Notes: generated by a model not told the origin, from the sequence alone. A stretch of DNA of 64,000 nt from Halobacteriovoraceae bacterium (GCA_963719505.1 CAVRCF010000002.1:224001-288000), one strand, 5' to 3'; positions 40,697 through 51,468 are shown, counted from the first letter of the stretch. Program-made: numbers and translations.

Positions 40697-41017
40697 CTAT
40701 TCTGCCATTTCATCTTTGATATCTTTTCTTACGAAGATTGCATCCTTGACTTCGGTCACGCCCTTAGTCTCATTTGCGATCTCAAGTGCTCTGTCTTTTT
40801 GCTCTTGAGTCTTAACAAAACCTGCAAGAATTACGGTTCCCTTGTAAGACTCGACATCAATATTAGTAGCAGCTGTTAGGCTCGATGCAACTAATTTTGA
40901 TTTAATCTTACCTGAAATCGCTGAATTACTTAAGTACTGAGATGTTGATTCTCTGTCTTGAGTACTACTACATGCTGCAATCCCTAGCATTAACATCATT
41001 GTCATAAAAATTTTCAT
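40697..41017 (-). CDS. BON domain lipoprotein
   Basis: IAAC lipobox; IDVESYKGTVILAGFV..A...KGVTEVKD. Confidence 0.9.
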   Translation of the reverse strand: MKIFMTMMLMLGIAACSSTQDRESTSQYLSNSAISGKIKSKLVASSLTAATNIDVESYKGTVILAGFVKTQEQKDRALEIANETKGVTEVKDAIFVRKDIKDEMAE

Positions 41018-41201
41018 ATTAACTCCTTTGTTTGTTACGAAGAAGATTACGCTTGATCAAATTAAAATTCTTTTAAGTTATTTAGCTTAAATGTGTAGCT
41101 TTATATAAATAGAATCAAAGTCGTTTGGGCAATCTTTGAATTTGTTAAAGCTGTTCTTCCTTGCTATGTTGAGAAATTAACTTTTATCTAAAGGCAGGGG
41201 T

Positions 41202-41699
41202 ATGGAGAATTCAGAATATATTAGAATTATTGCTACAGCGATAATTATTGTCGTCTACTTGATCATTCTTGTTCGAATTTGCGGTCTTAGAAGTTTTAGT
41301 AAAATGACGGGATTTGATTTTGCCATCACAATTGCAACAGGGACTTTAATGGCAAGTCCCATAATAAATTCTAAAATTTCTTTATTGCATGGCCTCGTTT
41401 CAGTGACAGCTCTTTTTGTCATACAGTGGACGGTAAGTAAGCTTAGAAAAAGAATCAAGTTTTTCTCTAAACTTATAGATAATGAACCTAAGCTTCTCTT
41501 TAAAAATGGAAAGTTTTTAGATGATAATCTGTCTAAATCAAGAGTCACAAAGGCTGACATCGTTGCCAAGATGAGAGAGGCCAATGCAACTGATCTTAGT
41601 AAGATCACTGCTGTAGTACTTGAATCGACTGGGGACATTAGTGTTTTACACGGTGATAAAGAGGTCGATAGTCTAATGCTTGAGGGTGTCAAATCCTAG
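41202..41699 (+). CDS. DUF421/YetF family membrane protein
   Basis: GLRSFSKMTGFDF, LESTGDISV. Confidence 0.88.
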   Translation: MENSEYIRIIATAIIIVVYLIILVRICGLRSFSKMTGFDFAITIATGTLMASPIINSKISLLHGLVSVTALFVIQWTVSKLRKRIKFFSKLIDNEPKLLFKNGKFLDDNLSKSRVTKADIVAKMREANATDLSKITAVVLESTGDISVLHGDKEVDSLMLEGVKS

Positions 41700-41835
41700 T
41701 CTTTATTAGGAAGTGAGCTAGCGTGTCAAAGAATCACATCAATATCAAGGCGTGGAGTCCTTTTACTGTTTTGAGACAAAAACGAATCAAGTTTTACCAA
41801 TATTTCCCATGACTCATTTTCTTTTAGCTGATACC

Positions 41836-41867
41836 TTGACTCTGTACCATAGTACGGAGTGTATAGT
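41836..41867 (+). promoter_or_regulatory. MerR-type promoter/operator
   Basis: TTGACT-20 bp-TATAGT enclosing dyad ACTCTGTAC-CATA-GTACGGAGT, similar to mer operators. Confidence 0.8.
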
Positions 41868-41873
41868 ATGAGC

Positions 41874-42278
41874 ATGAACGAAAAACTTACCATTGGAAAA
41901 CTGGCCGAAGCCTCTGAAGTGGAGTGGAAACGATTCGTTTTTATGAACGAAAAGGATTTATCAAACAACCCAAGAAACAGGGATCATTTCGGTATTATTC
42001 CCCAGAATTAATTGATCGGATCAGGTTTATTAAAAGCTCACAGGAACTTGGATTTACTCTAAAAGAGGTAAAAGAGCTTTTAGATCTTAAAATTAAAAAT
42101 CAGTCCAGGTGCAGTGATGTCCTAGAAAAAACCAATAAAAATTATTGAAATAAATGAAAAAATTAAAGACTTAAAGAAAATGAAAAAATCTCTTGAAGGT
42201 CTTGCTAAGTGTTGCAGATCTAGTGAAATGCCTTTAAGTGATTGTCCGATTCTTGAGTGTTTTTTGGAGAATAGATGA
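41874..42278 (+). CDS. MerR-family heavy-metal regulator (two frameshifts)
   Basis: [40 protein letters not shown]...DCPIL. Confidence 0.85.
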
Positions 42279-42699
42279 AAAATGTTTTATTTTTATGCAC
42301 AGGAAATTCATGTCGATCTCAGATGGCGGAAGGTTGGGGAAAGAATCTCATGGGGAATAAGTTTAATTTCTATTCCGCTGGAACCAAAAAACATGGTCTA
42401 AATGAAAGAGCTGTAAAGGTTATGACGGAAGCAGACGTTGATATCTCAAGCATGAATCAAACACCACTAGTGAGCTACCAGAGTCACATATGGATTTTGT
42501 ATTTACTGTTTGTTCTGATGCTCATGAGAATTGTCCCTTTTTTCCAGGAGGAAAAGTTATTCACGTTGGGTTTGATGATCCACCAAGACTTACAAAAGAG
42601 ATGAGCGATGAAGAAGAAATTCTGAATGTTTACCGCAGAGTTCGAGATGAAATTAAAGAGGTTGTCACAAATATAGAAACATATATGGAGAAAAAATAA
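42275..42699 (+). CDS. arsC: Arsenate reductase, LMW-PTP type (frameshift near 42450)
   Basis: [40 protein letters not shown]. Confidence 0.9.
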
Positions 42700-43690
42700 T
42701 GGGCTTGTTTGAGCGTTATCTAAGTATTTGGGTTGCTCTGTGTATTGTCGGAGGGATCATTCTCGGGAAAATACTGGGAAGCTCTATTACTGTTTTAAGT
42801 GAGATGAATATTGCGACAGTAAATATTCCTGTAGCGATTTTAGTATGGCTTATGATTTTTCCTATGATGGTTCAGATTGACTTTAGCTCAATTAAAGATG
42901 TTGGGAGAAATCCCAAAGGCTTGCTTTAACACTAATTATAAATTGGATTATTAAACCATTTACAATGGCTTTTTTTGCATGGATCTTTTTTGATAAAATA
43001 TTTTCGGCTTATCTAACACCAGAACTTGCGAGTGAGTATATAGCTGGAGCAATACTCTTAGGAGCAGCTCCATGTACGGCAATGGTTTTTGTATGGTCAT
43101 ACCTTACAAAAGGAGATCCAGAGTATACACTGGTTCAAGTCGCTATAAATGACTTAGTTCTTCTGATGGCATTTATTCCCATCGTTAAATTTCTACTAGG
43201 AGTAACAAATATTGTGATTCCTTATGACACTCTAATCACTCAGTTGTCATTTTTGTCGTTGTACCACTAGTTGCTGGATATATTTGCAATAAAGTTCTGA
43301 TTAAATCATTCGGAGAAATGTGGTTTAAGACTGTTTTTATGGCAAAATTTAAACCTGTTTCAATTTTGGCGCTTTTATCAACTTTGTATTACTGTTTGCT
43401 TTTCAAGGCGAGAAAATTATTGCGACTCCATTTAATATTTTACTAATTGCGATTCCTTTAACTATTCAGACTTATTTTATCTTTTTTGTTGCTTGGGGAA
43501 TTGGAAAGAAAATGAAACTTCCTCACTGTGTGCTCTCTCCAGGATCGATGATTGGAGCAAGTAACTTTTTTGAACTCGCAGTTGCTGTTGCGATTGCGCT
43601 ATTTGGACTAAATTCTGGAGCGGCCTTGTTACTGTTGTAGGTGTTCTTATCGAAGTTCCTGTAATGTTAAGCTTGGTAAATTTCAAATAA
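42699..43690 (+). CDS. acr3: ACR3-family arsenite efflux transporter (multiple frameshifts)
   Basis: FERYLSIWV, NWIIKPF, GAAPCTAMVFVWS, GASNFFELAVAVAI, VGVLIEVPVML. Confidence 0.88.
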
Positions 43691-44322
43691 GTGGAGATAC
43701 TAGTGGAGTATTTAAAGAATGAACAATTTAACTTAATCCCTCATGGAATTGATGTCAGTGAACACAAACCTAGAATTTTAATTCTCTATGGCTCTCTTCG
43801 AGAAAGATCCTACTCAAAACTTCTTGCACAAGAAGCGGGAAGAATTCTAGAATTTATGGGAGCGAAGTTAAATTTTTTAATCCTGAAGGTCTGCCTCTCT
43901 TCGATAATGGTAAGTCGGATGATCATCCAAAAGTTCAAGAACTTAGAGAACTGAGCTTATGGTCTGAAGGGCAAGTTTGGTCATCTCCTGAGCTTCATGG
44001 AAACATATCAGGACTTATGAAAACGCAAATCGATTGGATTCCACTTACATTGGGGCTGTTAGACCAACTCAGGGAAGAACACTTAGCTGTTATGCAAGTA
44101 AGCGGAGGGTCTCAAAGTTTTAATGCTGTAAACAGATGAGACTTCTTGGACGATGGATGCGGATGATTACTATTCCCAACCAATCATCTGTGGCCAAGGC
44201 TTACTCAAGAATTTAATGAAGACGGTACAATGAAAGACTCGGCTTTTAGAGATAGAGTGGTTGATGTCATGGAAGAGCTTATTGCAGCTTTGATTCTTTT
44301 GTTAAAACCTACACATTTTTAA
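43691..44322 (+). CDS. arsH: Arsenical resistance protein ArsH (frameshifts; C-terminus looks short)
   Basis: [65 protein letters not shown]. Confidence 0.85.
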
Positions 44323-44398
44323 GAAGGGATGTTTATGTTTATCTTCTTAAATTCCTCTACATTTGAAGGTCAGAATACTTAATATAGAGGAGAGTTAT

Positions 44399-45076
44399 AT
44401 GAGTGATAAAGTTTTATTAATTACAGGTGCATCGAGTGGAATTGGTCGAGCAACGGCTTTTATGGCCGCTAAAAATGGATATAAACTCGCTTTGCTTGCC
44501 AGAAGAGAAGATAAATTAAACGAAATCGTAAGTGAAGTTGGTGAAGATAACGCCATCGCAATTGCCACTGATGTCACTAATATGCAACAGCTAGGGACAG
44601 CGATTCACAAAACGGTTGATAAATTTGGAAGAATCGATGCAGTCTTTGCTAATGCAGGTAAAGGTCTTAATAAAGCTGGAACAGAAAATGGCGATCCAGG
44701 AGAGTGGGATGAGATGATTGATCTAAATGTAAAATCTCTTCTATGGACGGCGAAGATGACATTGCCACATTTGAGAAAGACCAAAGGACATTTTCTTATA
44801 ACGAGTTCGGTGGCCGGAAAGATTCATATGGCGGGCTCTGTTTACGGCGCTTCTAAATGGTTTGCTTCAGGCTTTGGGCATAATTTAGCAAGAGAGATGA
44901 AAGAGTGGGGTGGCAGGTGCACAACTATCTGTCCAGGAATGGTAGATACTGAATTCTTTGATGAACCAAAGTCAGATAAGTTAAAACCAAATGATATTGC
45001 AGACGCTGTGGTTTTTGCCTTAAATTCTCCTCCTCATACGACGATAAGAGAGATTGAAGTCATGCCAACTAATTAA
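44399..45076 (+). CDS. SDR family oxidoreductase
   Basis: TGASSGIG, NAG, YGASK. Confidence 0.92.
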   Translation: MSDKVLLITGASSGIGRATAFMAAKNGYKLALLARREDKLNEIVSEVGEDNAIAIATDVTNMQQLGTAIHKTVDKFGRIDAVFANAGKGLNKAGTENGDPGEWDEMIDLNVKSLLWTAKMTLPHLRKTKGHFLITSSVAGKIHMAGSVYGASKWFASGFGHNLAREMKEWGGRCTTICPGMVDTEFFDEPKSDKLKPNDIADAVVFALNSPPHTTIREIEVMPTN

Positions 45077-45135
45077 ACTTAAAGTTAACAGGTGAAGAGT
45101 TTTACTTATTAACGCTTTAGGCCTTAAAATAGTTC

Positions 45136-46058
45136 ATGAATAAATTCCTCATCGCGCTTATCCTTCTCATTCCTTTGGCCCAAGCTGAGTTTAATATAAA
45201 TTACGACTTAGATATCCAAAAGGTTTCAGGTGGAATAAAAGAAGGAATTGCAGCTCAAGGTAACTTATTTTTAATTTATGATCACGACGAGAAAAATCAT
45301 AGGTGGAGAGGGTCAATAATTGGAACTCACGGAAATTCACCCGCCGATCTCGTAGGGGATTTGCAGACAACCTCTAATTTAGATATTGGTGGTATAAATA
45401 CTCTAAAGGTTTTTGAGCTTTTTTATGATTTTAATGTCAATAAGCTAAAAGTTTTAGGTGGAATGTTTGATCTGGCCAGTGAGTTTAATGTGACTGATCC
45501 AGCATCTCTTTTTATTCATTCCTCTCCTGGTACTTCTGCCGGTCTGGCCAGTGCTGGAGAATTTGGAACTGCCTTTAATCCATTTTCAGCTTTAAGTGTG
45601 AGAGCGCATTACGATCTTTCTAGTAAATCATATTTAAAAAGTGCCACGACTGATGCAACTCCTTTTCATCCAGATAATCCTTTTGGAACTCAATTTTCAG
45701 TTAATGAAGATGAGGGGTACTTCTTTATTCATGAGTTTGGTTTTTTTAGTGAGGATAAATATAAATTTGCCATGGGCCTTTGGCACTTCTCTAAAAACGC
45801 AGAAAGAGGATACTATCTAAATCTAGACTATAAAGTCTCAAATGCCTTTCACCCTTTTTTACGGTATGGAAAAGTTAATGAGGATGCACAGGTCTTTGAA
45901 TCCAATAGTGTTATCGGCTTTACCTCTATGAACTGGGGAGTGATGTATTCTAGTGTGAATTTAGCACCTGCGGTTAATTCCTCAAAAGTAGAAGAGGCAC
46001 TGGAGATTAGTTCAAAAACTACCCGTTGAGACAGGGAATTTCTCTATATCCTTATATG
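45136..46058 (+). CDS. OprB-like carbohydrate porin, C-terminally truncated
   Basis: GDLQTTSNL, GMFDLASEF, LFIHSS; last strands missing. Confidence 0.65.
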
Positions 46059-46250
46059 CACAGCGAGTTCCTAGAAGTTCAGGAAGAGGCGCTTGCGCTT
46101 TTTAAAAGTCTGATGGGGATGAGAAGACGTTAAATTTTGAAAAAGCTCACCGTGATATTATTGAACGATTTGGAAGATACCCTCATCGCAATAAAATTCT
46201 TGGGCGAGTATCGTCCCAACAGGAATTAGACTTCTTAGCTCAACCGGGCG
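46050..46250 (+). pseudogene. 3' fragment of a DUF924-family gene
   Basis: PYMHSE...HRDIIERFGRYPHRNKILGRVSSQQELDFLAQPG. Confidence 0.75.
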
Positions 46251-46316
46251 ATCTTTTAGGCCAATTCGCTAAATACTACAGGGTCCTTTATTTTCCAAAG
46301 CCTTCGTGTTACTTGC

Positions 46317-46703
46317 ATGCCCATGAAAACATTATCATTTTTATTTCTTCTGACTTTTAGTGCCTTTGGGCAAGCTTCTACTTTGGCCGATGATTTTTCC
46401 TCCTCAGAAATTGAGGTTATGGGGGGAAATTATATGAGTGAGCTGTATTTGTTTCTAGATGACGTTTACTGCGATAGTAGTGAAGTTCGTTTTGCTATTA
46501 CTCGCGACTACTGCATTCAATCTTATCTAAAAGAGCTTCTTTTAATTAAGAAAAATAACTGGGCGGGCTACTTTATCAAAGAAGCCCCTGGGATTTACTC
46601 AAAGCTTGATATTATGCTGGAAGGGTCACCCATCTCGTGTGAAGTGACTCTTGAAGTTTTTGATTCAAAAAAACACCAGTTTAATATTTACTGCGATCAC
46701 TAA
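46317..46703 (+). CDS. Secreted hypothetical protein
   Basis: Signal peptide, 4 Cys. Confidence 0.6.
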   Translation: MPMKTLSFLFLLTFSAFGQASTLADDFSSSEIEVMGGNYMSELYLFLDDVYCDSSEVRFAITRDYCIQSYLKELLLIKKNNWAGYFIKEAPGIYSKLDIMLEGSPISCEVTLEVFDSKKHQFNIYCDH

Positions 46704-46798
46704 GCCCATTCATCAGTATAATATTTACACCTTGCACTAGATAAGAGTCCTCATTTAGGGTACTTGATAGGGAAACTTCTTATTAAAGGTGCCTTTTT

Positions 46799-47230
46799 AT
46801 GAAAATCTTTCTCGCAAGCTTATTGGTGATCTCTTTTGCTTTTGCTCAAGATAACTACCACGCCGAGCCGGCTCCATTTACTTGTTCTTTAGATGCTTGT
46901 TTAGTTGATTCTGAGGGATCTCAAATTGGCTTTTACCAAGTTGAAGATAGAGATGGATCCCCTTATCTAAAACTGAGCACAGAAAGCTCGATCTTTGATA
47001 TCGATACTAATAGTTTATGTTTTACAGGAAACCCTTTGAAGGCTTCCAATATTTTAGATGGACTTATTGGTAATACAAATGCTGATTTTTATAATGGCGG
47101 TCATATCAATGTTCTATCGAGTACAGATGTTAAAGTGGACGCTCAAGTTGTGCAAAAACTTTTGGTCTTTGCTGATGACTATGAAACAGGTGATCAAGAA
47201 GAACTTGTCTCTGTTAAAAAATGTAAATAA
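46799..47230 (+). CDS. Secreted hypothetical protein
   Basis: Signal peptide. Confidence 0.6.
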   Translation: MKIFLASLLVISFAFAQDNYHAEPAPFTCSLDACLVDSEGSQIGFYQVEDRDGSPYLKLSTESSIFDIDTNSLCFTGNPLKASNILDGLIGNTNADFYNGGHINVLSSTDVKVDAQVVQKLLVFADDYETGDQEELVSVKKCK

Positions 47231-47242
47231 TTGGAGAATAGT

Positions 47243-47680
47243 ATGAATAAAAAAGCCTTAACTTCTTTACTCGCACTTAGTTCTTTAAGCTCGTTTTCTG
47301 CGGACATTCAATCTCTTCAAAATAGAGAAAGAGATAGTTTTTTTAGCTATGCTGAAGTTTATGACTGCAGCGCTGTAACGACATCATTTTTTGGAACCGT
47401 AAGAGAGTATAGAGCTTCTCTAGATCTAGATGCAAAGAGCTTACTTGTGACTTATATAAAAGATGGCGTCGCAAAGAGAAAGAGCTTTGATGTTCAGATG
47501 GATATGACAACGAGTGATAACAAAGTTGCTATCGTAACAAAAATTGCAGGAACCAGTCTCTCAAACATCTCTTCAGTTGTTATGGGGGTCTTTAATAAAA
47601 GAGAAAATAAAATAGAGAAGCTAAACCTCACTCTTATTAATGGTAAGTACGCCACTATCGACCTTGATTGTAGAGACTAG
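47243..47680 (+). CDS. Secreted hypothetical protein
   Basis: GGAG RBS, signal peptide. Confidence 0.6.
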   Translation: MNKKALTSLLALSSLSSFSADIQSLQNRERDSFFSYAEVYDCSAVTTSFFGTVREYRASLDLDAKSLLVTYIKDGVAKRKSFDVQMDMTTSDNKVAIVTKIAGTSLSNISSVVMGVFNKRENKIEKLNLTLINGKYATIDLDCRD

Positions 47681-47796
47681 ATCTGAAAATATCCGACTTT
47701 CTTCCAAGTCATAGTCAAAAAGAGCAGTTCCTTTTAGAAGAAATAAAAGGGCTGCAAAAGAAAATCAAAAAAGACTTTTCTGATCAAGACCAACTT

Positions 47797-48315
47797 GTGC
47801 TTCTAAAATTAAAAGTTGGGTCTTCTCAAACACTCCTTCATGATAAAGAGGCACGGGCCTGTTGGATAAAAGCGGCTTCTTTTATAGAGGAGTCGGAAAA
47901 TATCTTTAGAATCGATGAGATTTTAAAACTTCATTTGCTTTTAAATCAAGAAGCAGGATTTAGGCAGGTCGATGTAGAAGCTGGTTTTTCTCAGTTTCCA
48001 ACTCCAGATAAGATTGAGCCTCTGTTTTCACAGTTTCTTGAACACTTAAAGACGATTGAATCAGATATATCTAAAGCCGCTTTTATTTATCAAGTCATCT
48101 GCAGTATTCATCCATTTGTAGATGCCAATGCGAGGATTGCTAGGTTAATGGCCAACTCGGTTTTGATAAAGACGGGAAATCTAGCGGTCATCTTTCCTGA
48201 TCAAGCTTCAGGATTTGTTATTCCAAAAGATCATCATCAGGACTATCATGCAATGGCATTAAAAAGAGTCTTACAAAGCGCGAATTGGATTTATCAATTG
48301 TTTTCAAGACAGTAG
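47797..48315 (+). CDS. Fic/Doc family protein (start uncertain)
   Basis: ILKLH..L, GFRQVDV, IHPFVDANARIAR. Confidence 0.8.
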   Translation: MLLKLKVGSSQTLLHDKEARACWIKAASFIEESENIFRIDEILKLHLLLNQEAGFRQVDVEAGFSQFPTPDKIEPLFSQFLEHLKTIESDISKAAFIYQVICSIHPFVDANARIARLMANSVLIKTGNLAVIFPDQASGFVIPKDHHQDYHAMALKRVLQSANWIYQLFSRQ

Positions 48316-48350
48316 TATAAAAATGGGTACAAATTTTACGGGGAAATAAT

Positions 48351-48692
48351 ATGTGGTTAACAATAGGAAAGACGGTCGTGGCAGCGCTACTTATTAGTTA
48401 TGTTTCTTGGCTATCAGGAAAGAAAACGGGGTTAGCGGGTTTTCTCACAGCTTTACCACTAACAACCTTACTTGCTTTGGCGTTTTCTCAAATGGAGTGG
48501 GGTGATGGCAAGCAATCTGTTGAGTATGCCAAAAGTGTTTTTGTTGCCATACCGGTATCGTTATTATTTTTTATTCCATTTTTATTCGCACAGAAGCTCA
48601 ATTTAGGCTTTTGGTCTTGTTATATCTCTGGTGTTGTTCTTTTGGGTGTTGGATATTTTATCCATTCTCAGATTACTAAGTTTATTGTCTGA
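48351..48692 (+). CDS. Small membrane protein (DUF3147-like), copy 2
   Basis: 12 aa differences from 4177-4515. Confidence 0.7.
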   Translation: MWLTIGKTVVAALLISYVSWLSGKKTGLAGFLTALPLTTLLALAFSQMEWGDGKQSVEYAKSVFVAIPVSLLFFIPFLFAQKLNLGFWSCYISGVVLLGVGYFIHSQITKFIV

Positions 48693-48755
48693 GAGAAAGA
48701 AATGGATTCTTAATCGAAATATGTTCTCCGGTGGGAAGTTAAAGATAGGGTTAAT

Positions 48756-49724
48756 ATGTTATTATTTTTTGTCTCCATCGTAGCGGGTCTCATTCTTCTG
48801 GTGTGGAGCGCTGATAAGTTTGTAGATGGGGCATCAAATGTGGCCCGGCACTATGGAATGCCTCCACTGCTTGTGGGAATGGTCATTATTGGTTTTGGAA
48901 CTTCTGCTCCGGAGATGGTTGTTTCAGCTTTGGCTTCTTTTCAAGGAAATCCTGGTATCGCTTTAGGTAATGCCTATGGATCAAATATTGCCAATATCGC
49001 TTTAATACTTGGGATTACAGCGCTTTTAAAACCTATATCAGTTCATTCTCAAGTCCTTAAAAAAGAACTTCCCATTTTAACGCTCATCACTTTTTTAACG
49101 GTCTTTCTTCTATGGGACTTAAGTCTTTCTGTCCTGGATGCTGGTCTCCTTCTCATCGTTTTTCTTGGCTTTATGGTATGGACGATAAAAACAGGTTTGA
49201 AAAATAAAGATGATGCTTTTGCACAGGGAGTGGAGTTAGAGACAAAGAACGAAGATATCTCGATGAAAAAGTCTTATGTTTTTCTGACCTTTGGCTTTTT
49301 ACTTTTAATAGGAAGTTCTCGGTTACTTGTTTATGGAGCTGTTGGGGTTGCTTCGACGCTTGGAGTTTCAGATATTATTATAGGGTTAACTGTGGTTGCT
49401 GTTGGAACATCTCTTCCTGAACTTGCCTCATCTGTCATCGCCGCGCGAAAAGGTGAGTCAGATATTGCTTTAGGAAATATTCTTGGATCAAATTTATTCA
49501 ATACCCTCGCGGTGGTTGGGATTGCGGGCGTTGTGAATCCAATCTCGATTGATAAAGAGATTTATTACCGCGACCTAACAACGATGACTGTTTTAACTCT
49601 TACTCTTTTTATCTTCGGTTACGGTTTTAAAAAACAAGGGCGGATCAATAGGCTTGAAGGAGGACTTCTCTTGACGGCTTATATTACTTATACTGGCTAC
49701 CTGATTTTAAAAACCTTGCCATAG
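48756..49724 (+). CDS. Calcium/sodium antiporter (YrbG-like)
   Basis: GTSAPE/GSN and GTSLPE/GSN alpha repeats. Confidence 0.92.
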   Translation: MLLFFVSIVAGLILLVWSADKFVDGASNVARHYGMPPLLVGMVIIGFGTSAPEMVVSALASFQGNPGIALGNAYGSNIANIALILGITALLKPISVHSQVLKKELPILTLITFLTVFLLWDLSLSVLDAGLLLIVFLGFMVWTIKTGLKNKDDAFAQGVELETKNEDISMKKSYVFLTFGFLLLIGSSRLLVYGAVGVASTLGVSDIIIGLTVVAVGTSLPELASSVIAARKGESDIALGNILGSNLFNTLAVVGIAGVVNPISIDKEIYYRDLTTMTVLTLTLFIFGYGFKKQGRINRLEGGLLLTAYITYTGYLILKTLP

Positions 49725-49753
49725 AAATTTTTTAATACGTATGCTTTAAACCC

Positions 49754-50416
49754 TTACTCAACTACCACGTCTAAATAAACTTTCTTATTTGGCTCATCGA
49801 CTAAGGTGTAATGCCACCATTCTTTCGAGTAGTTTTTAAAACCAGCTAAGGCCATAATATCGACCAGGGTTTTTCTATTGTTAAGAGCTTCCTGAGAGAT
49901 ACTAGGATTAAGAGTATTAGATAAAGGGTCCAGATAATCATAAATCGTTCCCATATCTAGTGGGGATTTTTCTTTCTTATCATACAAAGTTAGATCCACA
50001 GTGCTTCCACGACTATGACCCGATTTAGTCGCTATATAGCCAAGTTTAAAGAGCTTATTCTTTTTTATATTGGGATAGTACTTTGACTTAGTTTTGAGAT
50101 CTTTTGCTTTTTTAGACCAGGCGATAAAGTGATCAACTCCTCTTTGTGGACGATAACAGTCGTGAACAAGGAGGCTTAAGTTCTTCGCCTCTGCAAGTTT
50201 TTGAGCTTTCCCCAAGGCCATGGCTGCAGATCTTGTGAGAAGACATTTATTAGCTTTATAGCCGTTAACCACACTTCCAACAAAATTATCAGTTGTGAAG
50301 TATTTCATCTGCACTTTAATATTTGAATCAACTGACTTCACATCAATAAGCTTTATGTTCGGCTCTTTAGCAAAAAGGGAGAAGCAAAACAGACAGAGGA
50401 CAAGTATTTTTGGCAT
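49754..50416 (-). CDS. ddpX: D-alanyl-D-alanine dipeptidase (M15D)
   Basis: DCYRP, SGHSRGSTVD, EWWHY. Confidence 0.9.
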   Translation of the reverse strand: MPKILVLCLFCFSLFAKEPNIKLIDVKSVDSNIKVQMKYFTTDNFVGSVVNGYKANKCLLTRSAAMALGKAQKLAEAKNLSLLVHDCYRPQRGVDHFIAWSKKAKDLKTKSKYYPNIKKNKLFKLGYIATKSGHSRGSTVDLTLYDKKEKSPLDMGTIYDYLDPLSNTLNPSISQEALNNRKTLVDIMALAGFKNYSKEWWHYTLVDEPNKKVYLDVVVE

Positions 50417-50873
50417 GGGTGAATCCTAAGAGTGATGAAAGTTTAAAATCAAACCAATCATTATCATTTTGTTCAAGCTCACAGTCAAAGAAGGTGATTT
50501 TATTACTTTCGGTTAGCTTTATAATGAGCTCACCTCTTTTTATTTTTCTAAGCTCCACAGATAAAGCTGACGTTTGAAAGCTAAAGGTTTTTGAATCGAT
50601 TTGCTCTAAAACGAGTTGATCGAGTTTATGGGCGGCTAAATTGAGTTTTACTTTGTTGGATCTTCTTAAATACTTCTTTATGCGCAGAGAGTTTTTAAGC
50701 TCGATTTGAGATAAAAGCCCAACTTGTTCACATTCATAGTTATCATTTGTAATGAACTTTCTACTGGTGTTGATCGCTTGGTTTTCGAACTTATCTTCTA
50801 GTTCATAATAGTCGCCAGAGGCAAGTACTGATCCCGATAGAACGAGAGCACAGAGAAGAATATTAAATTTCAT
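50367..50873 (-). CDS. Secreted hypothetical protein
   Basis: Signal peptide, RBS. Confidence 0.55.
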   Translation of the reverse strand: MKFNILLCALVLSGSVLASGDYYELEDKFENQAINTSRKFITNDNYECEQVGLLSQIELKNSLRIKKYLRRSNKVKLNLAAHKLDQLVLEQIDSKTFSFQTSALSVELRKIKRGELIIKLTESNKITFFDCELEQNDNDWFDFKLSSLLGFTHAKNTCPLSVLLLPFC

Positions 50874-51012
50874 GTTAATCCTTTGGTATTTCTATAGAAG
50901 CAGGATTTAACAAGTAAAGAGGGGGAATTCAAGGAAAAAGGTTGAGAGTGTGAAGGGATGACCCATGATTTATGCATGATGAGAGATATCCTCACCATGC
51001 ATAATCTTAGAG

Positions 51013-51258
51013 CTATTTGTTAAAAGTTGAAGGTGAACCCATGATGGCATGTCTTGGTACTTCGAATCCCACTTCTGGAGATTCTACAACACTTGCAGTT
51101 GATCTCTCTGATGGCTTCGGTGACACTTTTTCACTGTGCTTTTCGCACTTTTGTCCGCTTTTTTTCATTTTACAAGCCTCTTTCTTAACACCAGAGCTAA
51201 AAGCAAAGGCACCTGTTGAGAAACTTGCGACAATCATAAAGGTTAAAAGACGTTTCAT
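51013..51258 (-). CDS. Small secreted protein
   Basis: AAGGAG RBS at MKRLL, signal peptide, RSTAS motif; hairpin downstream near 50970-51003. Confidence 0.6.
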   Translation of the reverse strand: MKRLLTFMIVASFSTGAFAFSSGVKKEACKMKKSGQKCEKHSEKVSPKPSERSTASVVESPEVGFEVPRHAIMGSPSTFNK

Positions 51259-51468
51259 TAAATCTCCTTGGGTTATCATCGAAGTGTTATCACCCGGCAA
51301 ACACACTGATTGATTTCTCAGCCATTGCCCTATCGATAGAAGACTTCTCGGATATATTTAAAATTTAGTTTAATAATTCTTTTGAAAGAGCCTAAGGCCA
51401 TGTCTTTGAAATCTGGTTAAAAAAGTGAACTGTCTAATTGATGTGAAAAGGTTTAAAGCCTTGGGGAG

